A stretch of DNA of 64,000 bases from an uncultured Spirochaetota bacterium (GCA_963820525.1 CAWGAA010000001.1:1248001-1312000); one strand, 5' to 3'; shown: positions 30,359 through 40,377, numbered from the stretch's first letter. Notes: a model not told the origin generated them from the letters alone. Numbers and translations are program-made.

Positions 30359-32443
30359 ATGGATTTTCTCATCGCCGACACGTTCACTGACAGCCTCGCC
30401 CGTTTGACAGAAGAGGAAAAAAAGGCAGTCAAGACAACGGCGTTTGACCTGCAACTGAATCCTGCCAATCCTGGCATGAGCTTCCACAAACTTGATAGGG
30501 CGAAGGACAAGAACTTCTGGTCGGTGCGGGTTAGTAATGACATTCGGCTGATCGTTCACAAGAGCGACAAAAGCCTTTTGCTTTGCTACGTCGGTCATCA
30601 CGACAAAGCTTACGAATGGGCCGAACGACGCAAAGTGGAGACGCACCCGAAAACTGGCGCGGCACAGTTGGTTGAGATACGGGAGACGGTGAAGGAGGTT
30701 GTTGTCCCATTCTACGGACAAGCGGAACTTGCTGATTCGACCAAGCCCGTGGCGGAGAAGAAACCTATTTTCGCCGAGGTGTCCGATGACGAACTCCTGA
30801 GCTATGGCGTGCCAGCCGAATGGGTTAACGACGTCAAGAAGGCTACTGACGATACCCTGCTAGCGTTGAGTGACCACCTACCCGCTGAGGCCGCGGAGGC
30901 GTTGCTGGAACTTGCGACTGGTGGCAAGCCGCGTGCCTTCCAACCCGCAGCGCAGGCGAATCCTTTCGATCATCCCGATGCCCAGCGACGCTTCCGCGTG
31001 ATGACGAATGTGGAAGAGTTGAAGCGCGCCCTTGAGTTCCCGTGGGATAGGTGGACTATTTTCCTTCACCCCGAACAGAGGGAGTTGGTAGAACGTGAAT
31101 ACACTGGTCCAGCCCGCGTCTCTGGTTCAGCGGGGACAGGCAAGACTATCGTAGCGCTACATCGGGCTGCCCATTTGGCGCGGAAGGAGCCCGAGGCTCG
31201 GGTACTGTTGACGACATTCTCCGATACCCTCGCGAATACGCTACAAACGATGCTGAAGCGACTGCTAAGCAGCGAACCGAGCCTTGCGGAGCGGATTGAT
31301 GTTTATTCGTTGAATGCCATTGGTCTTCGGCTTTACAAAGCGCAACTCGGAGAGGTAACCATCGCCAGCCAAGAAGAGTTGAGCGAATTGATGAAAGACG
31401 CCGCGACCGCCGTGAAGGGTCATAAGTTCAACTTCCATTTCCTCCTAGCAGAATGGGAGCAGGTGGTGGATGCCTGGCAGTTGGAGAACTGGGAGGCGTA
31501 TCGCGATATCGTTCGCCTTGGCAGGAAGACCCGGCTCCCGGAGGCGCAGCGAAAGGTGCTGTGGTCCATCTTTGAGCGCGTTCTTTCCGGACTGAAAGAT
31601 CGAAAGCTAATCACATATGCAGAGTTGTTCACTAGGCTGGCAGCCACGATCTCGAAAAACAATAAGATAGTGTTCGACTTCGTGGTCGTGGATGAGGCCC
31701 AGGACATTAGTATCGCCAATCTTCAATTCATAGCCGCCTTGGGCGGAGGTCGGCCCAGGGCTCTCTTCTTCGCTGGCGATCTGGGCCAGCGCATCTTTCA
31801 GCAGCCCTTCTCCTGGAAAGCACTCGGAGTGGACATTCGAGGGCGCTCCCGAACCCTGCGTGTCAACTATCGCACCTCGCATCAGATACGAACCCAAGCT
31901 GACCTTCTGCTCGGCCCCGTGGTGACCGATGTAGATGGCAGCAGCGAGGACCGGAGCGATACGATTTCGGTGTTCAACGGCCAGCCTCCGACGATTCGCT
32001 CGCTTCAAACCGAAGATGAGGAGGTCAAGGCGGTCGGCAATTGGATCACGGAACATGCAAGGGCAGGTGTTCTGCCGCATGAGTTCGGCGTATTCGTCCG
32101 ATCCGCCATGCAACTGGATCGAGCAAAGGCTGCCGTAAACAAAGCGAGGATGGCTTTCAAAGTTCTTGATGAGCGCGTCGAAACCACAAGTGGCTTCGTC
32201 TCAATCTGCACCATGCACCTCGCCAAAGGTCTAGAGTTCCGCGCAGTGGCGGTAATGGCCTGTGACGATGAAATTATTCCCCTGCAAGAGCGCATCGAGA
32301 CCGTCGGGGACGACGCCGATTTGAGGGAAATCTACGACACCGAGCGCCACCTACTTTATGTCGCCTGTACACGGGCAAGAGATAATTTGCTGGTCACGAG
32401 CGTCGAACCGGCGTCGGAATTTCTAGATGACCTACTGGCTTGA
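30359..32443 (+). CDS. UvrD/SF1 helicase with an N-terminal RelE/ParE-like domain
   Basis: N-terminus FTDSLARL...FWSVRVSNDIRLIV..YVGHHD, then GSAGTGKT, VVDEAQD, NYRT, AKGLEF, YVACTRA. Confidence 0.88.
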   Translation: MDFLIADTFTDSLARLTEEEKKAVKTTAFDLQLNPANPGMSFHKLDRAKDKNFWSVRVSNDIRLIVHKSDKSLLLCYVGHHDKAYEWAERRKVETHPKTGAAQLVEIRETVKEVVVPFYGQAELADSTKPVAEKKPIFAEVSDDELLSYGVPAEWVNDVKKATDDTLLALSDHLPAEAAEALLELATGGKPRAFQPAAQANPFDHPDAQRRFRVMTNVEELKRALEFPWDRWTIFLHPEQRELVEREYTGPARVSGSAGTGKTIVALHRAAHLARKEPEARVLLTTFSDTLANTLQTMLKRLLSSEPSLAERIDVYSLNAIGLRLYKAQLGEVTIASQEELSELMKDAATAVKGHKFNFHFLLAEWEQVVDAWQLENWEAYRDIVRLGRKTRLPEAQRKVLWSIFERVLSGLKDRKLITYAELFTRLAATISKNNKIVFDFVVVDEAQDISIANLQFIAALGGGRPRALFFAGDLGQRIFQQPFSWKALGVDIRGRSRTLRVNYRTSHQIRTQADLLLGPVVTDVDGSSEDRSDTISVFNGQPPTIRSLQTEDEEVKAVGNWITEHARAGVLPHEFGVFVRSAMQLDRAKAAVNKARMAFKVLDERVETTSGFVSICTMHLAKGLEFRAVAVMACDDEIIPLQERIETVGDDADLREIYDTERHLLYVACTRARDNLLVTSVEPASEFLDDLLA

Positions 32444-32460
32444 TAGGGGCGGCCGGAAAT

Positions 32461-32625
32461 CTACTTCGACTCCTCCCACAGCAGTTCCCACTCCTTTGCG
32501 TAGACCGTCGCGATCTGCGGAACATTCCAGAGCACAAGGGCATCCTCCACTTTGTGCATGATCGCTGCGGTTGTGCAGTTGAAACTTCTCGTCTGGGAGA
32601 ATCGCCGGATGACCTTTGAGGACTG
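32461..32625 (-). pseudogene. Phospholipase D-family (Nuc-like) nuclease, C-terminal remnant
   Basis: TRSFNCTTAA...EDALVLWNVPQIATVYAKEWELLWEES resembles the GSxN...N.E tail of PLD nucleases. The HKD motif is degenerate. Confidence 0.5.
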
Positions 32626-32633
32626 TATGCATT

Positions 32634-34973
32634 TTAGTGCCTGATGTTCTGGATTTCTATGAGCTTGATATCCTTGCCTCTGATATCCGGGGATAGGCAG
32701 TCTTTGACCTCGCCCTTCGCAGAAAAATAGATTATCTGCCACCCCATGCTGGATATCTTCTTGAGGATTTCCATCTGTTTTTCAAGCCTACTGGGATCGG
32801 CCTTAATGAAAGGGTCGTCCATGATGAAAAAGCCCTTCTTCCCTTTGAGCAGCTTGTCGCCAAGCGCGAGCCGGATGGAAAGGTAAAGCTGGTCATATGC
32901 CCCACCTGAAAGCTTGCTCGCGTCCTGTGACTTGCCATCGTTTAGCTTAACGACAATCTTCCCTTCTTCGGGAAGGAAGTCTACTTCCACATAGCGGTTA
33001 TCCGTGATTTCGCTGAAGTAACCTGAGACCAAGCTACCCTCGCCGAAGAGGGACTGGATCTTCTGTTCCTCCTCGCGCTCTACCTCCTCAAGAATCCCTA
33101 TGACTTTCTGAGTTTTCTTTGCATTTTGCCCCTGTTCGGATATGAAGCTTTCCAGCTTCCTCTTTATGGCGTCAAGGTCAACGCAAGTATTGCAGGGCAG
33201 CCTCCCTTCACCGGGTGGTTGCAATATCTTGTTCGTGCTGTTCTCGATGTCATAGAGTTGCCTCTTGAATGTGTTCATGACGGAAAGCAACTCGGACCTC
33301 TTGCTATCCAGCTCATGCTTTCCGGATTTGAGTCTGGCAACCTGTGTTTCATCGTACTCGATGCCTTTACCTTTTCCCCGATACTCCTCCAGCTTTTCGA
33401 TTTCCTTCTGCCACCTCCGCATGTTTTCGTCAGGCTTTTGTACTACGCCGAAAAACGCTTTCAATGTTGCGGCCTGTTCATCCCTTGAGCCTTCGGCTTG
33501 CTGTTTTAGCGCCAGATTCTTTTTGTAGTCACCAAGTGACTTGACTCCCGATTCGCTTTTCAACCCATCTATTGTTTGCTCGCTGCTCTCGATGTTTTCC
33601 TCAACGGCGGGAAGCTCCTTGTCTTTAAGCTTCTTGATTTCCTTTTCCCTCAGTTCTACGTCATTTGATTGGTCATTGGTTTCCTTATTTTTCAGTTCAA
33701 AACTTTCTTCAAAACCCTGAATTTGAGTGACTATATCCTCTATAGAGTCAACTTTGAAACCGAATCGTGCAACATTGAGCCTAATTCTCTCGAAGTCGGA
33801 ATCAATCATAGAACTCTTGATTGCGAAAAAAATTTTCAGAGCCCATAATGCAAGAACCACGGCGGCAAATACTACAGTGAGGATGATAAGCACAGGAATA
33901 GTCGCGAATATGAGGCTCAGCGCCAGCAGCGCGAAGAATATGCTAGCTCCATAGGTCGGGAGCTTAAGGTATTGGTCTCGGGTTGTGAGAGCTGCGAGAG
34001 ATTGCCTAGATTTCTCATGAGTTTTCAGGTCTAGCTTTACTTCGTCGTCTATTTTCTTTTTCTTTTGCTGGAGCGAATCGAACTCCTTGTTCAGCCTTTT
34101 CCACTTCTCCTTTTCCGTTTTTAGCTCGCGTTCTTTTGTCTCAAGCTCGGCGATAATCCCTTGTTTCTTTTCATTATCAGCCTTCAAATCTCTCTCAGCA
34201 TCCCTCCATCTCTGTTCGTCATCCCTGTTAAAGGCAGCCAATTCCTTTATTTTTTGCAACGATTTCTTGAAATACTCCACGGCTGCCGACGCTTTTTCAT
34301 ATTTGAGCCGCTTTTCGGCATACTCCATCTCGCCTAGCTTCCGGTCAATTTCTTGGATTTCCTCGCTGGCCTGAGAGAGCTGCTCGTCGATCTTCTCGTA
34401 GCCCTCCTCTGTGAACGCTGCCAGCTTCTCTTGTATGTCCTCAATGAGTGTTTGAGCGTCTTTTACCCTCCCGGCAATCTTCCCATACTTCTGGTCATTT
34501 GAGAGTACAGAAGAACTCTCAGGCTTGGTGAGCTTCCCGATTTCCTGGAGCTTCTGCTTTAGTTTGAAAATCTCCTCTGTCCTGAGCCCCGTAAGACCAT
34601 CAGTCACATTCTTATAGGCCTCTCCTTCATTGGCTATTGAGAGATCGCTGTTCCTGATTATGAACAGGTTTGCGCAGTCCAGAGAACTGAGATTCGCAAT
34701 CTTTGAGATATCGCCTGCCTCCGGAAGCTTCACTTCCTTGCTATTATCATCTTCGATGACAAGGTACCCCTCAGGGCTTTCCTCAACCCTTTCCAGCTTC
34801 TCAAATTTCTTCAGGTCAGCCTTCTTGTTGAAAAGCATTTTCACGATAGCGTCGATTGAGAGCGACTTGCCTTCTTCATTGTTGCCGAACAGGAGGTTGA
34901 ACTTGGCGAGAGTAACGTGGCCCGTATTGGCCAGAGGACCGTACCGTTCTATGAAATATTCCTTTATCTGCAT
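32634..34973 (-). CDS. Rad50/SbcC-like (YhaN/AAA_27) ATPase with coiled coil and two TM helices
   Basis: Walker A GNNEEGKS, signature LSGGAYDQLYLSIRL, Walker B FIMDDPF, central hydrophobic pair. Confidence 0.88.
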   Translation of the reverse strand: MQIKEYFIERYGPLANTGHVTLAKFNLLFGNNEEGKSLSIDAIVKMLFNKKADLKKFEKLERVEESPEGYLVIEDDNSKEVKLPEAGDISKIANLSSLDCANLFIIRNSDLSIANEGEAYKNVTDGLTGLRTEEIFKLKQKLQEIGKLTKPESSSVLSNDQKYGKIAGRVKDAQTLIEDIQEKLAAFTEEGYEKIDEQLSQASEEIQEIDRKLGEMEYAEKRLKYEKASAAVEYFKKSLQKIKELAAFNRDDEQRWRDAERDLKADNEKKQGIIAELETKERELKTEKEKWKRLNKEFDSLQQKKKKIDDEVKLDLKTHEKSRQSLAALTTRDQYLKLPTYGASIFFALLALSLIFATIPVLIILTVVFAAVVLALWALKIFFAIKSSMIDSDFERIRLNVARFGFKVDSIEDIVTQIQGFEESFELKNKETNDQSNDVELREKEIKKLKDKELPAVEENIESSEQTIDGLKSESGVKSLGDYKKNLALKQQAEGSRDEQAATLKAFFGVVQKPDENMRRWQKEIEKLEEYRGKGKGIEYDETQVARLKSGKHELDSKRSELLSVMNTFKRQLYDIENSTNKILQPPGEGRLPCNTCVDLDAIKRKLESFISEQGQNAKKTQKVIGILEEVEREEEQKIQSLFGEGSLVSGYFSEITDNRYVEVDFLPEEGKIVVKLNDGKSQDASKLSGGAYDQLYLSIRLALGDKLLKGKKGFFIMDDPFIKADPSRLEKQMEILKKISSMGWQIIYFSAKGEVKDCLSPDIRGKDIKLIEIQNIRH

Positions 34974-36025
34974 ATGCCTGCCTCCGTGAAAGCCCTTATG
35001 GCGATGTCCCTCAATTCCTTCGTCTGGCCTGGCGGGCATCCGGACTGTTCCAGCTTTCTCATGAAGCTCTTGAACAAGTCGTCCTCGACTATCCTCTGCA
35101 CATCCATGAACTCATAACGCGCCTCTACCTGCTTTCCCTTGATCAGTTCCTTGATAGCGGATACGAGCTGGGCTTCGGTTGTGCTCAATTTTCTTCCGTC
35201 CAGACATCCGCCAATCCTCAATAAAAGGGTGGCCTTCGGATGCAGCTTCCTGATCTCTTCGCTAACCCTTTCCAGAGGCTTCTCCCCAGAGAAGGGGTCC
35301 AGGATGATCTCCCGCTCCTCGAAGTGGGGGGTATCAAGCCTGCACGGCTTCGGGTCCTTCCCGACCTCGAACAGGTTGGCCTGCCTCTGGCCTGTCTCCC
35401 TCTTCGTCACGGATATAGGAGATCCGGGGTAGACGAAATACCGGCCAGGCTCAATGAGCCTCACATCGAACCTGGTATGGAAATGGCCGGCGAGAACATA
35501 GTCGATGTTCAGTTCCTTGAAGTATGAAAGTCTGGCCGGCATGTAGCGTGCCTCTCCCTCATCCCCGAAATCGGTCCTTTTGAAGAACGTATCGAGGAGT
35601 TCGCCGTGGTAAAGAAGGATGTTTTTCTTGTCGCTTTTCAGACAATCCCTGAGCGACCTTATTCTGCTTACGAGCTTTTCTCCTTCAATGGCCTCGAAAG
35701 GGAGGCCGACAAACCGAACATTCTTGTGCTCAAAAGGTTCCTCACCCAGAACTATAGTGTCTCCTCCAAAATACAGCTCCTCCCCGAATGAGGCGGAGTC
35801 GTGGTTGCCGGGAATGATCAGAATCTTGAAATCGTTGTTGGAGAATAGTTCCCGTATCTGGGTCCTGAGGCTCTCCGCGTTCACATCCTTATCAAACAGG
35901 TCACCGCTTATGGAGAGCGCCTCTATCTTCGCTTTTTTGCCGATTTCAAGCAGCTCTTCCAGCGTCTTCCACCTTTCATCCCCGTATTCCCTCAGATGGA
36001 GGTCAGCAGTGTGGAGTATTTTCAT
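34964..36025 (-). CDS. Mre11/SbcD-like metallophosphoesterase nuclease
   Basis: HTADLH, SGDLFD, PGNHD, LAGHFH, YPGSP. Stop overlaps the start of the ATPase. Confidence 0.9.
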   Translation of the reverse strand: MKILHTADLHLREYGDERWKTLEELLEIGKKAKIEALSISGDLFDKDVNAESLRTQIRELFSNNDFKILIIPGNHDSASFGEELYFGGDTIVLGEEPFEHKNVRFVGLPFEAIEGEKLVSRIRSLRDCLKSDKKNILLYHGELLDTFFKRTDFGDEGEARYMPARLSYFKELNIDYVLAGHFHTRFDVRLIEPGRYFVYPGSPISVTKRETGQRQANLFEVGKDPKPCRLDTPHFEEREIILDPFSGEKPLERVSEEIRKLHPKATLLLRIGGCLDGRKLSTTEAQLVSAIKELIKGKQVEARYEFMDVQRIVEDDLFKSFMRKLEQSGCPPGQTKELRDIAIRAFTEAGICR

Positions 36026-36146
36026 CCCGTTATCCCTCAGAGGCTCCAAGAAGCTGTGCTCGTGGCCTCTTCACGTTAAGATATTCTATTCCAGCTATAA
36101 AAGCGTTTCCGCAATCTGCCGAATCTCTAGAGTGCCAAGCCTCCTT

Positions 36147-36616
36147 CTAAAGAAACCAAGGTGTTCTTTCCAGCCGCGGATGGAGCTTGAACTCTCCCGA
36201 ACCAACAAGGAAAACGTTCATCAAATAGGCTATCTCCCCTGCGAACTTTAGCGTAATGGGCTCCCTGCAGAAATCCTTGGTGGAGGCCCAATTAAGTCTC
36301 GTGAGGCTAAGGATGTGCTGGGCGTAGACGCGCAGATCGAGCTTACCTTTGGAATGCACGCGGTTGATTGTGACATCTAGAGGCTTTGGTGTCCCTATGC
36401 CCTGTTGGCCCATATCATTTCTGCCCGTGGTTGCTATGTAGAATCGGTTAGGAGCAACGGGCAGATACATTCCTCGTGCCACACTTCCATCGCCTGCAGC
36501 CTCCCTATCGTAGAGCCGGGAAAGGCTATGCTCATTTATGTGAACGAACGATATCTCTGCTTCGGGGACATTCCTTCAATACTACAGTGGCCATTTCATC
36601 CCGGTCGACTCTTGCC
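36147..36616 (-). pseudogene. Prokaryotic Argonaute, PIWI C-terminal fragment truncated by IS3
   Basis: ISFVHINEH..RLYD...RGMYL...GTPKPL...QHILSLTRLNWAS...EPITLKFAGEIA...PWFL is the typical PIWI C-terminus. Confidence 0.85.
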
Positions 36617-36761
36617 TGGAGTTCCCCCGATTTCGTGGACACCCTGAATTGCACCTGCGTCTCGGTTTCGGGGGGGTATCCAAACACCACCTGCCTTCCG
36701 AAAACGCAACCAAGGCCCTCTACGCGCAAGGCTTTTTCCTCACTCTGGCTTGGATCGTCAA

Positions 36762-37631
36762 TCATGCCGTCTTCCGCTCCTCGAGCTCCTCATATTCGGT
36801 CGGTGTGAGGTAGCCGAGGTACGAGTGAAGCCGCTTGCGATTATAGAAGATCTCCACGTATTCGAATATTGCTCTCCTGGCCTCCTCTCTGCTTCGGTAG
36901 ATCTTGTCCCGAATCAACTCTGCTCTCAAGGTCTTGAAAAACGTCTCCGCGCACGCGTTGTCCCAACAGTCGCCCTTACGGCTCATGCTTTGAATGAATC
37001 CGTGCCCTTTGGCAAACTTTTCAAACTGACCGCTGGTATACTGCACACCGCGATCGGAATGAAACAACAGTCCCCGCGGCGGGCGGCGACGAATCGCGGC
37101 CATGACTACCGCCGTCAGCACCAGCTCGGCACTCAGCTCGCAGCTCAGCGACCAGCCCGCCACTCGACGTGAGTACAGATCCAGTACGATGCATAAATAC
37201 ATCCACCCTTCGGCTGTCGCAACGTAGGTTATGTCGGACACCCACACGCGATTCGCCGCGGAGGCTTCGAAGTTCCTGTTCACTATGTTTTCGGCCACTT
37301 CCTGGCCGTCTTTCGAGTGCGTGGTCACTACAAACCGCCTCTTCGGCTGCGGCCCAAGGGCATTCTCTCTCATGATTCGGGCAACTCGGTTCTTCCCCAC
37401 ATGCCGCCCACGCCTCAGCAGTTCTTCCCGCATGCGCGGGCTTCCGTAGCTGTGACGCACCTCGCCCTGGATCTTCCGGATCTGCTCGATCAGCTCCTTC
37501 TCCTCGAGTGCTCGTGCACTCTCTTTACCGTCGAGCCAGGCATAGTACCCACTGCGCGCTACTCCCAATACTTCCGCCATCTTCTCCACGCCGTGGGTTC
37601 CCCGCTGTTTACTCATGACCTGGTACTTCAT
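36762..37631 (-). CDS. IS3 OrfB (DDE integrase core)
   Basis: WVSDITY, HSDRGVQY, DNACAETFF, FYNRKRLHSYLGY. Confidence 0.93.
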   Translation of the reverse strand: MKYQVMSKQRGTHGVEKMAEVLGVARSGYYAWLDGKESARALEEKELIEQIRKIQGEVRHSYGSPRMREELLRRGRHVGKNRVARIMRENALGPQPKRRFVVTTHSKDGQEVAENIVNRNFEASAANRVWVSDITYVATAEGWMYLCIVLDLYSRRVAGWSLSCELSAELVLTAVVMAAIRRRPPRGLLFHSDRGVQYTSGQFEKFAKGHGFIQSMSRKGDCWDNACAETFFKTLRAELIRDKIYRSREEARRAIFEYVEIFYNRKRLHSYLGYLTPTEYEELEERKTA

Positions 37632-37918
37632 CTCGGGGGTCTGGAGAAGATGGCTGTTGCTTTTCTTAAAATGTCCCGTTCCTCGCGCAACTCCTTGTTC
37701 TCTTTGCGCAAGGCGGCCAATTCCTCGTCACGGGACCTGCCGTTGCCTGGGAAAGCTCGTGTCCCGTCCTCACTGAATTGCTTCCTCCAGCGGTAGATCT
37801 GTCCGCTGCCGATTCCCAGATCCCGTTCAATCTCATGTCCCGGCTTTGTCCCTGACTCCAGGAGCCGGATAGCATCGAGCTTGAACTCTTTGGTGTATTT
37901 CTTCCTCGTATCTGCCAT
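37628..37918 (-). CDS. IS3 OrfA
   Basis: RKKYTKEFKLDAIRL HTH, leucine zipper, ATGA overlap with OrfB. Confidence 0.9.
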   Translation of the reverse strand: MADTRKKYTKEFKLDAIRLLESGTKPGHEIERDLGIGSGQIYRWRKQFSEDGTRAFPGNGRSRDEELAALRKENKELREERDILRKATAIFSRPPR

Positions 37919-37935
37919 TATCTTTCCTTACCCCT

Positions 37936-38500
37936 CTAAACCACCCCCGACTTAAGTCGGGGGGTTTGCGCTTGTCGGCTAAAGCCGACTGGGGCCGACA
38001 TCACGGTTCTACTTTGAAGTCGGCATCTTGGTCCCGCTCTGTGTCCTGCTGATTCTCGATGTAGCGGGCGATCATCTCTTCGGTCACGTTCCCTGTGCTC
38101 GCCACGAAATACCCGCGGGCCCAAAGATGCCTGCCCCAGAATGTTTTGTTCAACCCTTTGTTTTCCATGAGCAGCTTCCGTGATGTCAGCCCCTTCATGC
38201 GCTGCACGAGCCTGGATACCGATAGAGTCGGCGGCACGCTCAGCAGCAGATGCACGTGATCGCGGCTGATGTTCCCTTTCACGATCTCTACGTCCAGGCT
38301 CGCGCAAATCATTCGTATCAGATCTCTTACGCGGGTTCCTATCTCTTTCCCCAACACTGGCTTGCGGTACTTGGTGATCCACACTATATGATACTTCAAA
38401 TCATAGACGCAGTGCGACGCTTTTCGATACTGCTTCATCGTACCGCAAGCCTACTAAAGTCTTCGTCTAAAGACGAGGGGGTTTCTCCCCGTAGGAGACT
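37936..38500 (-). mobile_element. IS200/IS605-family element (tnpA only)
   Basis: Subterminal hairpins CCCCCGACTTAAGTCGGGGG and CTTCGTCTAAAGACGAGG. TTAG at both junctions on the minus strand. Inserted between the IS3 left IR and orfA. Confidence 0.88.
38001..38438 (-). CDS. tnpA: IS200 TnpA (Y1 HUH transposase)
   Basis: YHIVWITKYR, DHVHL, LWARGYF, YIENQ. Confidence 0.95.
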   Translation of the reverse strand: MKQYRKASHCVYDLKYHIVWITKYRKPVLGKEIGTRVRDLIRMICASLDVEIVKGNISRDHVHLLLSVPPTLSVSRLVQRMKGLTSRKLLMENKGLNKTFWGRHLWARGYFVASTGNVTEEMIARYIENQQDTERDQDADFKVEP

Positions 38501-38546
38501 CTAAAATACTGCTTAACCATGTGTCTATTAAATCGGGGTAGGCCCA

Positions 38547-38914
38547 GCCCATGTACTCCCTCGCAGCACACTCGCACATCCTCTTTGCCCTCGAGGTATT
38601 GCTCAAGCATTCGAAATTGCTCGAGGGTGTTGCCGATCTCAAGGGCTTTGATCTTTTCGCTCTGTTCATCGAGGATGCAAACAGAATGCTTCTGCGATCC
38701 CATGTCGATTCCGACAAACTGCTTCATGACGATCCTCCCGGTATTACAAATGCCCTCCTGCCGCGCCCCTCATATGAGGACAACCACCCCACTACAAGCG
38801 GTCAGAAGGAAGGCAGGGAAGCACGGGTGCTCTCAGCTTCTCCAGTGCAGAGCATGAGTAGGACTTAGCTTTCCCTTCCTTTTCCATCATACCCTTTCGT
38901 TTGGTTATCATATG
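38547..38914 (-). mobile_element. IS110-family 5' remnant (non-coding left end plus transposase start at 38727)
   Basis: MKQFVGIDMGSQKHSVCILD...VCCEG RuvC-like N-terminus. ~190-bp non-coding leader. Inserted at a CT in the IS91 transposase. Confidence 0.8.
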
Positions 38915-39493
38915 AGGAGGGGCAGAGGTAGAACACCTTGCAGCTGAAGGGTCGAAAGTAGTCGGCTTTACAGTCGGGATTGGTGCATTGGATCCTCGCG
39001 ATGCCCTTCGAGTAGTCCCCGCAGTACAGGAATCGTTCGACGGCCGAGCTGATCCGCTGCAGGCGGAACCGTCCCAGGCGGGCAGCGTACGTGGTTTCGT
39101 ATCCTGCGCAGAGCTCCGGGAAGTGGGTGCGGAACAACCTCTGCAGGGAGCTGGTACCCCGTTGGCGGTAGGTGCTGGGGAACGTCGCATCCAGGGACAG
39201 GGCCAATTGGTCGGCCACAATGGGAAAGACGACCCCAAAGAGCACGCTGCATCCCCCCGGCGGCCCGTCTCCGAACACGCGGCCGGGCGGCCCGCCTGCG
39301 CGCCCAGCACGCCCGGGAGGGACTCACTGTACCGCCGATCGCCGTTTTCAGTATCGCAAATCGGTGCAACTTTCCCTTTAAGGGTGGACAGAAAGGTGAG
39401 ATACAGTAAAGAATTTTGAAATCTTGACATTCCATCAGCCTTCCCTCCACTGTTATCGCTTGATGGGCATTAATGGGCTGACTGAAAAAACCA
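38915..39493 (-). mobile_element. IS91-family element, partial copy (upstream/ter end plus transposase 5' part)
   Basis: Near-identical to 53876-54456, with the shared terminus ...CTGAAAAAACCA. Confidence 0.88.
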
Positions 39494-39512
39494 CGGTATA
39501 CTGGCCAGGAGG

Positions 39513-40377
39513 TTGAGCGTGGTAGACATAAGTCCAACGGAAGTCGTCGGCATCAGAGACGCGGGCTTCGACGAATACTGGCTGCGCGATCGAATCTACG
39601 ACGATCCAAGCATCATCGGACTCGGTGAATTGCAGGCCGTCATGAAAGAAAAGACGCAGTCACAGGGCGGGCGCCTTGATCTCTTGCTCAAAGATCCTGC
39701 AGACGACGCAATGTTCGAAGTGGAAATCCAACTGGGATCTACGGATGAATCCCACATCATCCGCACTATCGAGTACTGGGACAATGAAAAGCGGAAGTGG
39801 CCGAACCGCAGTCATACCGCAGTGCTCGTCGCTGAAGAGATCACAAGCAGGTTCTTCAATGTTGTCCACCTTCTGAGCCAAGCGGTTCCCATCATTGGGA
39901 TCCAAGTAAGCATTGTAAAGATCGGTGCAGCGGTTGGATTGCATTTTACAAAGATCATAGATTCGTTCGAGGAGCCAGAGGATCAGGAGACACCGCAGCA
40001 ATCTTTCACTGAAAAGCACTGGATCGATAAGTACCCTGGAGTTTTTGAATGTGCGAAGTGGTGCAGAGAAGTACTGCTGACCAAGTACCCCGAAGTGAAT
40101 GCAAGGTATTTTGAGGATTATATTTCTTTGACGGTCCGCGGAATTGCCAGAGTATGGCTCAACAGACGCAAGAACGATAGGGTGCTGATTGAGGTGAAGT
40201 GCCTTGAGGAGAACCTTCCAAGACTCATTGAGGTCCATCAATACTGAGGGCATTTCCTTTGGAACTCGGAGCAATAAGAATCTCACGTTCAACGTAAATC
40301 TATCGCAACTGAAACAAAAGCAAGCTATGCATGAGCTTTTAGCAGAACTGATAGGTACCGCTTCGAAAGGCTCTTGA
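39513..40377 (+). CDS. NucS/EndoMS-like PD-(D/E)xK endonuclease; apparent indel near 40232
   Basis: GRLDLLL...FEVEIQLGSTDESHIIRTIEYW...AVLVAEEITSRF. The alternative frame continues to TGA at 40377. Confidence 0.65.

Larger units (their letters stand above)
36617..38546 (-). mobile_element. IS3-family element carrying a nested IS200
   Basis: IRs TGGGCCTACCCCGATTTAATAGACAC (from 38546) and TGGAGTTCCCCCGATTTCGTGGACAC (from 36617). GGC flanks both ends on the minus strand. Confidence 0.88.

Noticed and set aside
37936..38500. Possible TnpB/IscB RNA-guided nuclease with the IS200 element
   Set aside because: The element is only ~565 bp and encodes tnpA alone. The IS66 'TnpB' is an unrelated accessory protein.
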